DNA from: Mobula hypostoma
Taxonomy: Eukaryota
NCBI RefSeq assembly: GCF_963921235.1
Contig: NC_086097.1
Location: 196,294,001-196,358,000, forward strand
Direction of reading: 5' to 3'
Length of the DNA stretch: 64,000 nucleotides
Part shown: positions 35,226 through 47,149 of the stretch, in pieces
How positions within the stretch are numbered: the first letter of the stretch is position 1
Layout of the letters: each line of letters starts with the position of its first letter
The notes under the pieces: model-generated
What the model saw: only the letters and a program-made list of their open reading frames with translations
Databases searched by the model: none
What the model was told of the DNA's origin: nothing
Made by a program: the position numbers and the translations under genes

Positions 35226-38200
35226 GTAGTGGTCCATGATGACTAAGACGTTCACCACATTACTGGCATCGGGTTCTATTGACAGGAAATCCATACACAC
35301 CAGGACCAGAGGCCCCAGACTGTGCAAGTGGGACAAGGGAGCTGCCCGCGTAGGCAGTGTCTTCCACTGTATGCATCGAATGCACGACTTGCAGTATTCT
35401 TCAACCTCCGATTTAATCCGGGGCCAGTAAAACCGGCCTGTGAGCAATCCATAGGTGTTTTCCACTCCCAAATGTCCAGAATCATCATGGAATAACTTCA
35501 ATGCAATCCTCCAATACTTCTCGGGCAGAGCCAGTTGGCAATGCCAAGGTCGGTCTGGGTATAAGATCTGGTTTTTCAGCTCCAACCGAGGTCATTCTCA
35601 CAGTATGGAGGCACTGACGCATGTTTCATCTTCTCCGCCTGAGCCATGTCTCCCTTTTCGACTGCTGCCCAAATGGTACCAATGCCCGCATCATCTTGCT
35701 GACCAGCTGCCACTTCCCCAGAACTCAATTCCAGCAGCTGATTTGTCTTCAGAGCAGTCAGGCTACAGTAAACTTGGGGAATGGAGATGTCAGAAGCTCC
35801 CAATTGATCCACCACTCGATCCTAGCCCTCCTTTCCCTCTGCCTTCACGATGATGGCAAACTGACACATGGCCTTCACCCCATGGACAGGAACGCTCTCC
35901 CACTCCTCATCCCTGGCCAGTCCCTCTGCACCCATCGGGACAAAGCATCCGCATCAACGTTCTGGCTCCCCAGCCAGTATTTCAGTCTGAAATCACAGGC
36001 AGGTAACACTGCCAACCACCCAAGGCCTGTGGCATCCAGTTTCACCGAGGTCAGGATATAAGTTAGGGGGTTGTTGTCCGTCCTCACTTCAAACTTGACC
36101 CTGTAGAGGTAGTCACTCAGTTTGTCCACCACCGCCCACTTCAACGCCAGAAATTCCAACATGAGTGGGATAGTTTTTCTTGGAGGGCGACAGACTCCGG
36201 CTGACAAACGTAATGGGCCTCAACCCGGTGCCCTGATCCTGATACAGGGTGCCCCCTAAACCCTCTCAGCTGGCATCCGTGTGCAGTAAATACGGCAATC
36301 GGGGGTCTGCAAAAGCCAGCACTGGCGCCTGGGTCAGCAGCTCCTTCAGCGACTGAAAGGCCTCCTCACAGTTTGCATCCCACCTTGGTCCAAAGGGTTC
36401 CAATGGGCCCTCCACCCTCCTGTTCTTTCTTCCCCAAGGGAGGATAACCGCACAGAAGCTGATTCAACGGGTGACTCACTTTCGCGTAGCCTTTCACGAA
36501 CTGCCGATAGTAACCACAGAACCCAAGGAATGAGCACATAGCGCTCACAGTCTGAGGCCTTGGCCAAGTGGTAACCACCTCTATCTTAGCTGGATCTATA
36601 ACTACTCCATCCAATGAGACTATGTGCCCAACAGAGCTAACAGATATTTGGCAGAACTGGCACTTGTCCAGGGAAAATTTTAACTCTTAGTTTTCAGCTG
36701 GCCCAGCACCTTCAGCAGCCTCACTTCATGTTCTTCCAAGGTGGATCTAAATACTTTGAGGTCATCCAGATATACCAATATCTCAAACAAGTTCATATCC
36801 CCCACCATCTTCTCCATGACCTGCTGGAAGGTTACAGGAGCTCCTGAGATGCCCTGGGGCGCCCTTTCAAACTGGAAAAATTGCAGGGGACATATAAGTG
36901 CCGTCTTCTCTTTGTCGGCCTCACTCATGGGGATCTGGTAATATCCACTCCTCAAGTCCAGCACACTGAACCACTTCACACCACTCAGGCAGGCCAGCGC
37001 GACTTCAATCCTCGGGACAGTATACGGTGCGCCTGTTCAGAGTCCTATAATCTACGCACATCGATACTTCCATTCTTCTTTCTGGCCACTACTATTGGGG
37101 ATGCATAGGGGCTTCAGGACTCGGTAATGATCCCAACTTCCTTCAAGTTACACAAATGCTGCCCAATGTCCTCCACCTCTGCAGGGACCAGTTGCCATGA
37201 CCTCCCTCTGAACAGGGTAATCTCAGTCACCTGGATAGTGTGACGAGGGCTCTTGGGAACAACCCACATCAAACTCGTCAGTGGAAAAGGCGCCTTCCAG
37301 CTTCAACATCTCCTCTTCCAACCAGCAGGAACCGGGGAGTACCCGAAGTTAAATGACTCAGCGGTCAACTTTACCCCTTTTTCCAATAGCTTCTCCCTGG
37401 ATTGTCTCACAAGGACACGACACATTACCGTCACTGGGAACAAATGCACCAGGGGCATCCCCCACTTGAAGGTGACCTCCTTTTTCGTAGTGTTCCTGAC
37501 AATCACTGCCATCCTACTTGCCTGTACAACTGAGGGCTTCTGCGATTCGGGCCTCACCAGTACCCCAGCAGGGAATCCCAACCCCCTCGTGGTCTTCTGG
37601 AGCATCCACTAAGAGGGCCTCGCCCTCAGGCACTTCGGGAAATTTGGGTGTTCCCATCACTCTTGCTACTTCCCTGGGCCGTACTACCATTGGCTTCGAC
37701 TGGGTGAACCACACAGTCCCTCGTCTAAATTTGGTATCCGGCCTAATGCAGTCATGCACTTCCTCAAAAGCAGCTCGAAACACCGGGCACACGGACAATG
37801 TTCCCAGAAAGCTCTCGCCAGCCTTCTCCTTGCAGGCCCTCATTAGCCTCCTTATAAGAAGGGTGCTGGTCCCCACCAGAATTGAAATGCCGCCCTTCTC
37901 AACAGGGTCCGGACAAACCAGTACTAATGTATCAAGGACCTCAGACACTCTCACATCAGCCTCCAAGACCTCCAACTTCACTGACCAATAACCATTGCAC
38001 TAAGCCCCTAGATCTCCAGTGCCCTGAATGGGGTCAAGGTTAAATGCTTCAGATACCGGTTGTAAAACGAACGGTACAACAACGTGACCTGCAACCCGAT
38101 GTCAAGTGTGGTTTTAGCATAAATACCCTCTATCCATAGCGACACACTGGAGCATGGTCCCACTAAGCCTTCAGGAATTGGGCCTTTCGCTTTCAGGGAA

Positions 38201-39447
38201 GATTGGTACATTGGTGGGAACATGTTCCCCAGAGACACCAGGCCGTTCTTTCACTGGGTCTGCTCTAAGTTTTCCCAAGGACTCTCTCTGCTTAGGTACC
38301 TGGGGGCTCACTCTCCTTTTCACGTGACACCTGCCTCCAGCAGCCCTCCACATTGTTTGTCCCCTTAGGGGATCCGCACCCCCATCAACTCGATCATATG
38401 GGGAGGGGTCACATCCGCTGATAACAGCTGAAACATCTCCATTCTCTACTCTGCCACAACCTCCTCTACCACTCCCTGGGGCAGGCTATCTGTGGTCACT
38501 TCAACGCAGGGGACTACTACCGAGGACTGTACCATGCTGACGGAGTCCTCCCGTGCCTCTGACACATCTCCTCTTCCCGTACCTCTCTGATCAGCTCAAC
38601 AAAAGATGGGTGGGGGGGGCACATCTTACGAGACATTCGGAGACCCCAAGCAATCAGGTCATGGGAGTGGGTGCCCCTGGCTGTCTGGTCCATTCTTAAC
38701 TGATGCACCTCAACTGCCTGAATGACCCCTCAGCGCTGCAAGCAATTTAGCTGCCTCTCTAGCTGTAAAATCAAGCAGAAAGCTTCTCCCCACTTCTCCT
38801 GACACATGTTCTGAAACTCCACCATGAGCTCCATTGGGCTTCCAGTAGGGCCAAAAGCATTGTCCAGTGCTTGCATGTAATTGACAGCTGTCGCTACTGG
38901 GTATTTCAACCTGACGGCTCTCACGATGTCAGTGGCCCACCCATTCAAACTTACAACCAATCTCTGTCACTTTACATCATCAGAGCACTGCCACTCATCT
39001 AACAACTGCGAGGTTCGCTCCGCCCAAGACTCGTACTCCTCCTCCCCTTAAGGGGTGGGCGTTATTCCAGAGAATAGGCAGAGCCTGCCATAGCTGGGAC
39101 TTTGAACCTGATTTTTTCCATTTATTCGCCAGAGGTGGGTACTTACTCAGAATTCTCACTCTTCACCGGGGGACGTGGACTAATTAGACATTTCAAATCA
39201 GATCACTCTTTCCCCTCACTCCTCAGAAACGAGAGAACCCTGTCTTTGAAATCTCTGCCCCCAGTTACCGCTACCTCAGTGCTGGTCTGAATTAAAACGA
39301 GAGCTGCGCCTGCCATTTTACCAAACCTCTGCCCACAATCGCAACTTTAACGGTATTTAACAGTGGAATTAACAATTCATCCGGAGTACAAATATCTGCC
39401 CCACTGGTTCATTGCTCAGGGTAATCACACAGCATCCAACGGAATCA

Positions 39448-39465
39448 ATCCCGGACAAGCCCCCA
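39448..39465 (-). promoter_or_regulatory. Primer-binding site, tRNA-Pro type
   Basis: TGGGGGCTTGTCCGGGAT matches the tRNA-Pro PBS TGGGGGCTCGTCCGGGAT at 17/18; 4 nt from the LTR end. Confidence 0.9.
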
Positions 39466-40914
39466 CAATTGTAACGAACAGTACACAATATGCGATTAAA
39501 TGATTAAGCTTTATAATTCGTACTTTGACTATATGATTAGTAATGAAAACGAAAAAAAGGAAAAGGGCTTATTCTTATGAAACAGTCTATTCCACAATGT
39601 TGCACAAAATCCTTGGTACATTGCTGGGAACGTGTTTCCCCCAGAGTCACCAGGCCGTTCCCTCACTGGGTCTCCTCTAGGTTTTCCCAGCAACTCTCCT
39701 TGCCTAGGTACCCTGAGGCTCATTCTCCTTCTGGTGTGACACCTGCTGCCTGCAGTCCTCTGCATTGTTCATCTTCTTGGGGGATCCACCCCTCCATCAG
39801 CTCCATCATCCGGGGGGGGGTCATACCCCCTGATAACAGCCGACATATTTTTGTTCTCAACTCTGCCATAATCTCCTCTATTGTGCCCCAGTGTAGACTA
39901 TCTGCGGTCACTTCACCGCAGGGGACTACTACTGAGGACTGAACCCTGCTTATGGAGTCCTCCCGCGCCTCTGCCGCATTCTCTTCTTCCTGTACCTCAG
40001 CTCAACAAACGATGGGGAGGGGGGTGGTGCATCTTGCAAGATAGTCGGAGACCCCAAGCAATCAGGTCATGGGAGTGGGTGCCCCTGGCTATCTGGTCCA
40101 TTCTTAACTGATGCACCTCAACCGCCTGAATGACCCCTCAGCGCTGCAAGCAATTTAGCTGCCTCTCTAGCCGTAAAATAGAGCAGAAAGCTTCTCCCCC
40201 TTCTCCTGACACATGTTCTGAAACCCACCATGAGCTCCATTGAGCTTCCTGTCGGGCCAGAGCTTCCAGTGCTGGCATGTGATTGACAGCTGCCGCTATG
40301 GGATACTTTAACCTGACAGCTCTCACAATGTCAGCAGCCCGCCCATTCAAGCTTTCAACCAATCTCTGTCACTTTACGTCATCAGAGCACTGCCACTCAT
40401 CTAACAACTGTGAGGTTCGCTCCGCCCAAGTCTCGTTCTCCTCCTCCCCTTTAGGGGTGGGTGTTGTTTCAGAGAATAGGCAGAGGCTACCAGCAGCTGG
40501 GACTTTGAACCTAAGGATTTTTTCATTTATTCGCCAGAGAGGTAAAGGCAGATACTACCTCAGAATTCTCACTCTCCCCTGGGGGACGGGGACTAAGTAG
40601 ACATTCCAAACAGTCTAATGCGCAAACGTTGGAGCTCACTGATAAGGCCATTCGTCCACCATCGACCTCCTCCAATCATCGCTGACCTTCAGACCCTCAC
40701 TCCAAGTCCACTCCATCCGGCAGTCTCCCTCCATTCCCGTCTTCTCTCCTCATCTCTTCCTGGCAAAAGACCGCAAAATCCCTCTCCCAGACCCACAAGA
40801 AAGAACAACATCCCACTCGTTGGCTAACATCCCGCATTACCTCTAGTCGTAACCCAAACATTGCTGCTACAGAGAAACCATTACCTTAGCAGTGAAACCT
40901 TACAGTGTGTTACA

Positions 40915-41330
40915 ACATCTACACAGGGGTTGTCGCAGGAAAGCAGCATCCATCATCAGGGCCACCCAACACCCAGGTCATGCTCTGTTCTTACCGCTGC
41001 CATCAGGAAGAAGGTTCAGGAGCCTCAGGACACACATCACCAGGTTCAGGAACAGTTATTACCCCTCAAACATCAGGCTCTTAAACCAAACAGGATAACT
41101 TTATTTAACTTTGCTTGCCCCATCATTGAAATGTTCCCACAACCTATGGACTCACTTTCAAGGATTCTTCATCTCATGTTCTCAATATTAATTGCTTATT
41201 TATTTATCATTATTATTTCTCTCTTTTTGTATTTACAGTTTGTGGTTTTTTGCACACTGGTTAGATGCCCAAGTTAATAGAGTCTTTCATTGATTCTATT
41301 ATGGTTAGTGTGTGTTATTCTGCATTTCCA
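40915..41330 (+). mobile_element. Rex1/Babar-like LINE 3' end
   Basis: CRRKAASII..HPGHALFLPLPSGRRFRSLRTHITRFRNSYYP. Confidence 0.8.
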
Positions 41331-41444
41331 GCATCTGCAGAATCTCTTATGTTTATAACTCTTTTCCATAGGTTTACTACTATCTTTAATTTTTTCCAGT
41401 AATTTCCAGTTGAACATTTGTTCCTGATCTTAAAGGAACTTTTA

Positions 41445-43845
41445 TTAGACTACAAGACCATAAGATATAGGAGCAGAATTAGGCTATTTGGCCTATCATG
41501 TCTGCTGCACCATTTCATCATGTCTGATCCAATTTTCTTCTCAGCCCTTATCTCCTGCCTTCTCCCCATATCCCCTCATGCCCTGACCAATCAAGAAACT
41601 ATCAGCCTTAAATCTACATAAAGACTTGGCCTCCACAGCTGCCTGTGGTAAAGAATTCTGCAGATTCACCACTGTCTGGCTAAAGTAGTTCCTCCTCATC
41701 TCTGTTCTAAAAGGATCATCTCTATTCTCTATTCTGGGGCTGTGTCCTCTGGTCTTAAACTCTCCCACCATAGGAAACATCCTCTCCACATACACTCTAT
41801 TAAGGCTTTTCACCATTCGATAGGTTTCAATGAGATCACACCTCATTCTTCTGAACTCTAGTGAATACAGGCCCAAAGCCATCATATGACAAGCCATTCA
41901 ATCCTGGAATCATTTTCATGAACCTCCTTTGAACCTCGTCAGTTTCAGCACATCCCTTCTAAGATAAGGGGCCCCAGACTTGCTCATAATACTCCACATG
42001 AGGCCGCATCAGTGCTTTATAAAGTCTAAACATTACATTGAGTCCTGTTGAAAGGTCTTGGCCCAAAAAGTCAACAGTACTCTTTTCCATAGATGCTGCC
42101 TGCCCTGCTGAGTTCCTCCAGCATTTTCTGTGTGTTGCTTGGATTTCCAGCATCTCCAGGTTTTCTCTTGTTCAACAGTACATCCTTGCTTTTATATTTT
42201 AATCCTCTTGAAATGAATGCTAACATTGTATTTGCCTTCCTCACCACAGACTCAAACTGGAAATTAACCTTCAGGGAATCCTGCATCTCAGTTTTTTGTA
42301 TTTTCTCTCCATTTAGAAAATAGGCAACCGTTTCATTTCTTCTACCGAAGTGCATGACCATACACTTCCTGACACAGTATTCCATCTGTCATTTCTTCTT
42401 CCATTCTTCTACTCTGTCTAAGTCCTTCTGCAGCTTCTCTACTTCCTCCAAAACTACCTGCCCCTCCACCTATCTTCATATCATCTACAAACTTTGGAAC
42501 AAAGCCATCAATTCCAACATCCAAATCATTGACATCTAATCTAAAAAGAATCAGTCATCACAGAGCCATGTTGAACACCACTAATCACCAGCAGCCAGCC
42601 AGAAAAAAGCTCTCTTTATTCCCATTCTTTGCCTTCTGCCAATCAGCCACTGCTTTATCCATACTACAATCTTTCCTGTAATCCCATGGGTTCATAGCTT
42701 GTTAAGCAGCCTCATGTGTTGCACCTTGTCAAAGGCCTTCTGAAAATCCAAGTACACAAAATCAACCTTTTCTATCCTGCTTGTTACTTCTTCAAAGAAT
42801 TCCAACAGATTTGTCAGGCGAGGTATTACCTTGAGGAAACTATGCTGACTACAGCCTAATTTATCATGTACGTCCCAGCACCCTGAGACCTCACCCTTAA
42901 TAATTGACTCCAACATCTTCCCAAACACTGAGTTCAGATTAACTGGCCTATAGTTTCCTTTCTTCTGCCTCTCTCCCTTCTTGAAGAGTGGAGTAACATA
43001 TGCAATCTTCCAGTCTTCCGGAACCATTCCAGAATCTAGTGATTTTGAAAGATCATTATTAATGCCCCCACGATCACTTCAACCACCTCCTTCAGAATTC
43101 TGGGGTGTACACTGTCTGGACTGATCCACCTTCAGACCTTTCAGATTCCCAAGAACCTTCTCTCTAATTATGGTAACTTCACACACTTTAAGCCCCCTGA
43201 CACCTGGAACTTGCACCATACTGCTAATCCCATCCACAGTGAAGACCAATGCAAAATATTTAGTCAGTTCTTCCGAAATTTTGTTGTCCCCCATTACTAC
43301 CTCTCCAGTGTCATTTTCTGGCAGCCCCATATCCACCCTCACCTCTCTGTTACACTTTAAGTATCAAAAGAAACTTTTGGTGTCCGCATTAATATTATGG
43401 GCTAGGTTACTTTCGTATTCCATCTTTACCATCTTAATGACTTTTTAGTTAACTTCTGTTGGTTTTTAAAAGCTTCCCAATCCTCCAACTTCTCACTATT
43501 TTTACTCTATTATATGCCCTCTCTTTGGCGTTTATGTTGGCTTTGACTTCTCTTGCTAGTCACGGTTGTGTCATCTTGCCTTTAGAACACTTCTTCCCCT
43601 TTGGGATGTACAAACGTATATATATCCTGTGCCTTCCGAATTGCTTCCAGAAATTCCAGCCATTGCTGCTCTGCTGTCATCCCTGCCACTGTTCTTTTCC
43701 AATCAATTCTGGCTAACTCCTCTTTAAGCCTCTGTAATTCCCTTTACTCCACTGTAATACTGATACTTCTGACTAAAGCTTCTCCTTCTCAAATTTCACG
43801 GTGAATTCGATCATATTATGATCACTTGCCCCTAAGGGTTCTTGT
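41445..43845 (-). mobile_element. CR1 LINE ORF2 fragment, degraded, with a short PLE insertion at 42039-42173
   Basis: VPEDWKIAYV..NYRPV, YLDFQKAFDKV, LGLYSLEFRR in broken frames. Confidence 0.88.
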
Positions 43846-44080
43846 TGAAAATGATCTAATATTTCTCAAATGGTAGCCATTTCCTACTTACTGCTGTACC
43901 TTTTAATGTTTCCAACTCAACTACAGCCATACTGCCTGCTAAAACATTTGTACTTCCTTTTGATTTGATTGAAAAACCTGGTTTAACATTGAACCACATA
44001 ACTTTTTAACTTAATGTAAAATTCCAGCACAGATAGCACCTGAATCAAATTGAAAATGGATCACTGGAGCTGTGTGGCAG

Positions 44081-44860
44081 ATAGAAACATAGAAAATAGG
44101 TGCAGGAGTAGGCCATTCGGCCCTTCGAGCCTGCACCGCCATTCAGTACGATCATGGCTGATCATCCAACTCAGAACCCTGTACCTGCCTTCTCTCCATA
44201 CCCCCTGATCCCTTTAGCCACAAGGGACATATCTAACTCCCTCTTAAATATAGCCAATGAACTGGCCTCAACTGTTTCCTGTGGCAGAGAATTCCACAGA
44301 TTCACCACTCTCTGTGTGAAGAAGTTTTTCCTCATCTCGGTCATAAAAGGCTTCCCTTTATCCTCAAACTGTGACCCCTCGTTCTGGACTTCCCCAACAT
44401 CGGGAACAATCTTCCTACATCTAGCCTGTCCAATCCCTTTAGAATTTTACACGTTTCAATAAGATCCCCCCTCAATTTTCTAAATTCCAGAGAGTACAAG
44501 CCTAGTCGATCCAGTCTTTCATCATATGAAAGTCCTGCCATTCCAGGAATCAATCTGGTGAACCTTATTTGTACTCCCTCTATGGCAAGAATGTCTTTCC
44601 TCAGATTAGGGGACCAAAACTGCACACAATACTCCAGGTGTGGTCTCACCAAGGCCTTGTACAACTGCAGTAGTACCTCCCTGCTCCTATACTCGAATCC
44701 TCTTGCTATGAATGCCAGCATACCATTCGCCTTTTTCATCACCTGCTGTACCTGCATGCCCACTTTCAATGACTAGTGTACAATGACACCCAGGTCTCAT
44801 TGCACCTCCCCTTTTCCTAATCAGCCACCATTCAGATAATAATCTGTTTTCCTGTTCTTG
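44081..44860 (-). mobile_element. Young CR1 3' end
   Basis: ORF 44341-44769 and tail ATAGAAACATAGAAA; same subfamily as 7448-7918 and 47233-49675. Confidence 0.92.
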
Positions 44861-45084
44861 TTGTTCCCTTATTCTGTCAAGGTTGTAGCTCAGACTTGGT
44901 ATTTTTTAAGTTAGTGGGATGATATTAGGGGCTGGGATAGGAGTTAGGGGTTAGGTTGAGGTTTAGGGAGAGGTATGTGAAGGAGTTAGAGGTTGGGCCA
45001 GAGACTAGGCCTCTGCTACACACTTTGGCATTCAAAGGCCAGCGATGTGGATATGTGACAAAGTGCATCCATGCTTGTCAGGCT

Positions 45085-45715
45085 GATAAGTGCAGTGAAT
45101 GAGGATTAGGGCTGGTGGCCCACTGGGTCAGTAAACTCCCCTGGATGGTGAATCCCAGGATCAGATATAAGCAGGAGTCACAAGGTTCACGGGTCAGCGA
45201 GTCCGGAGTTCAAGACTTTGCCACCAGCCTCCTGACATCCCTAGTGGACTTCAGACTCATGGACCCAGGGAGGGCTTCAGCCTCTAACTTCTGGACTTTC
45301 AACTGACCTTTGGGCTTCAATCTTTGGTACTTACCCCAGGATGAACCGACGATGGGACCCCAAACTCAAGGCCTCAATTTGCCAGACTCACTGATGACAA
45401 GATCACAAACTCAAAGTCTCGAACTCCGGACTGGGGCTGGAGGCCTGGGGTTGGAGGTCTGCCTGTGAGTGTGAGTGCGTGTGTAGGAGGGTGAAATGGG
45501 GTTTGTTTTGCTGTTGCTGATTTGTTGCTTGTTGTATTCCATGTTGTTCTGCCGAGCATTGTTATGCTATTGAGTATGCTATGTTAGTGCTGGAATATGT
45601 GGTGACACCTGCGGACTGCCCCAGTATATTCTTGGGTAGTATTAGCTGTCAACACAAATGACGCATTTCACTGTATGTTTCGATGTACATATAATAAATA
45701 AATGAATCTGAATCT
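45085..45715 (+). mobile_element. Unclassified non-autonomous retroelement with a (GAATCT)n tail
   Basis: 3' end AATAAATAAATGAATCTGAATCT; a homologous end occurs inverted at about 20893-21030. Confidence 0.5.
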
Positions 45716-45945
45716 AGCCTTTCACAAAAGGAGTATTTAAGTACAGGACAAAGGCTGCCTTGCTACAATTATACTTGGCCTTGTTGAGACCACCTCTCAT
45801 GTACTGTATGTATTTTTGGTTTCCTTACCCAAGGTGTACTTACCATGTAGGGATTAAAACGAAGGCTCACCATATTGATTCCTGGGCTAGTGCCATTGCA
45901 AAGAGATATTAGGTCACCAAGTTTCTATTCACTACTATTCAAATA

Positions 45946-46345
45946 GGGTGGTGGGGTGAAGATACGCCTCTACCAAAGGAAGTGTAAAGTGCTCCTTCCC
46001 TCCATTAGCTAGGTTGCCCTTGGGCAAGGTGTAGCACCTGCTTAGCCCCCCCCTCCCCCCACCCCCGCCCACCGATCACATTCACGTGAAGCCATGGGAG
46101 CAGGAGTTGATGGTCATATGAGCAGCTGGTGCATATCACAAGTTCTGGTTATGTGACCACTGATGCCAGGCAGACAATCTTTGAACAATATAGATAATAG
46201 CTGGGGTCACCCATCTTGTAAAGACACAGCTCAGATGCAGGCAATGGCAAACCACTTCCACAGAAAAATTTGCCAAGAATAATCATGGTCATGGATAGAG
46301 AAAAGAAAGAGCAGATTAAAGACAAATGCCCACGTCATATGACTG
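45946..46345 (+). mobile_element. Non-autonomous RTE/BovB-related short element
   Basis: GGCAATGGCAAACCACTTCCA..TTTGCCAAGAA..CATGG resembles the segment shared by BovB-mobilised SINEs (recalled); it interrupts a CR1 remnant. Confidence 0.5.
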
Positions 46346-46788
46346 TTCAAAAAAAAACGAGAGCAGATTTAACAGAAACTCTTAAAGTTCTGACCATTTT
46401 AAATAGAATCTTCTGGAAGAACTTATTTTGGTGGTGATGGCAATTCATTTATTTTGGGTAGATAAGCATCTCACTTCCAATGCATGGAAGGGGCATTACA
46501 GAATATGCACTTAACACAATTATTGACAGAATTTAGTGGTTTATTTCAGGTGTAACAAATACAGTAAATGTAATCTAAATAATGCAACAAATTTTTGTTT
46601 TGAATTAATTTTACTGATGATATCATAGATTGCAATGCAATGTGTAAAAATTCTCTTGGAAGTGAATTTATTTATTGCTAAAGCTGTTCTCATGAACATT
46701 GTCCTTGAAAATTGTTAACAATTTTTTATTTGTTGAAAGAAAATAGTAACATCATAAATTTCTCTTCAAACATTTGTGTTTCTTTCAG

Positions 46789-46967
46789 CCATACCTATGC
46801 AATCTGCCAAACAGAACCCAAACGTTGCACTACTACTAACTGCACATGGTGGGCACATCGGCTTTCTAGAGGGAATATTTCCACGACGAATGACTTACAT
46901 GGACAGAATCTTCAAACAGTTTATACAAGCAGTCGTTGAGCACAAGGATGAACTGAAAAGTATATAA
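46789..46967 (+). CDS. ABHD3: ABHD3 terminal coding exon with the catalytic His: (A)IPMQSAKQNPNVALLLTAHGGHIGFLEGIFPRRMTYMDRIFKQFIQAVVEHKDELKSI*
   Basis: tttcAG acceptor; GGHIGFLEG motif; TAA at 46965-46967; phase fits the previous exon. Confidence 0.96.
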
Positions 46968-47149
46968 CTCATTGATCTGTTTATTCACACTCTTCATATT
47001 GAACATTTGCACCCAAACTGTTTAAAATTTGCAACTGATTCTTGAATACATTGCAAAGTACAAATTTCTTTGTACTTTCATGTATTTAAACTGCCAGGAT
47101 GTCTGTTAATTAAGTTTGTCCAGAGTTTAACAAAAGCTTTATAAGAAAA

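Larger units (their letters stand above)
30858..40914 (-). mobile_element. Gypsy LTR retrotransposon with PNMA-like gag (5' LTR, PBS, gag, PR, RT, RNase H, integrase); 3' end lost; interrupted by an RTE
   Basis: VVSLNG.A.DIV (gag), LDIGLQV (PR), LDLRSGYYQ and YLDD (RT), LEFLALKWAV and NVDADALSR (RNase H), HDDSGHLG..CIRC, MDF and HSDQG (integrase). LTR termini TGTAAC at 39470 and GTTACA at 40914. Confidence 0.93.

Noticed and set aside
38500..39100. Domesticated PNMA-family gene
   Set aside because: Frameshifted gag within a Gypsy element that retains PBS, LTR and pol.
44925..44997. TTAGGG-like repeats (also 26378-26393) as interstitial telomere
   Set aside because: Only two or three degenerate units; compatible with low-complexity G-rich sequence.
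45946..46060. HDV-like ribozyme at the 5' end of the RTE-related short element (also tried at the 35225 RTE end)
   Set aside because: Some hairpins are present, but I could not assemble P1-P4 with the L3 and J4/2 consensus.
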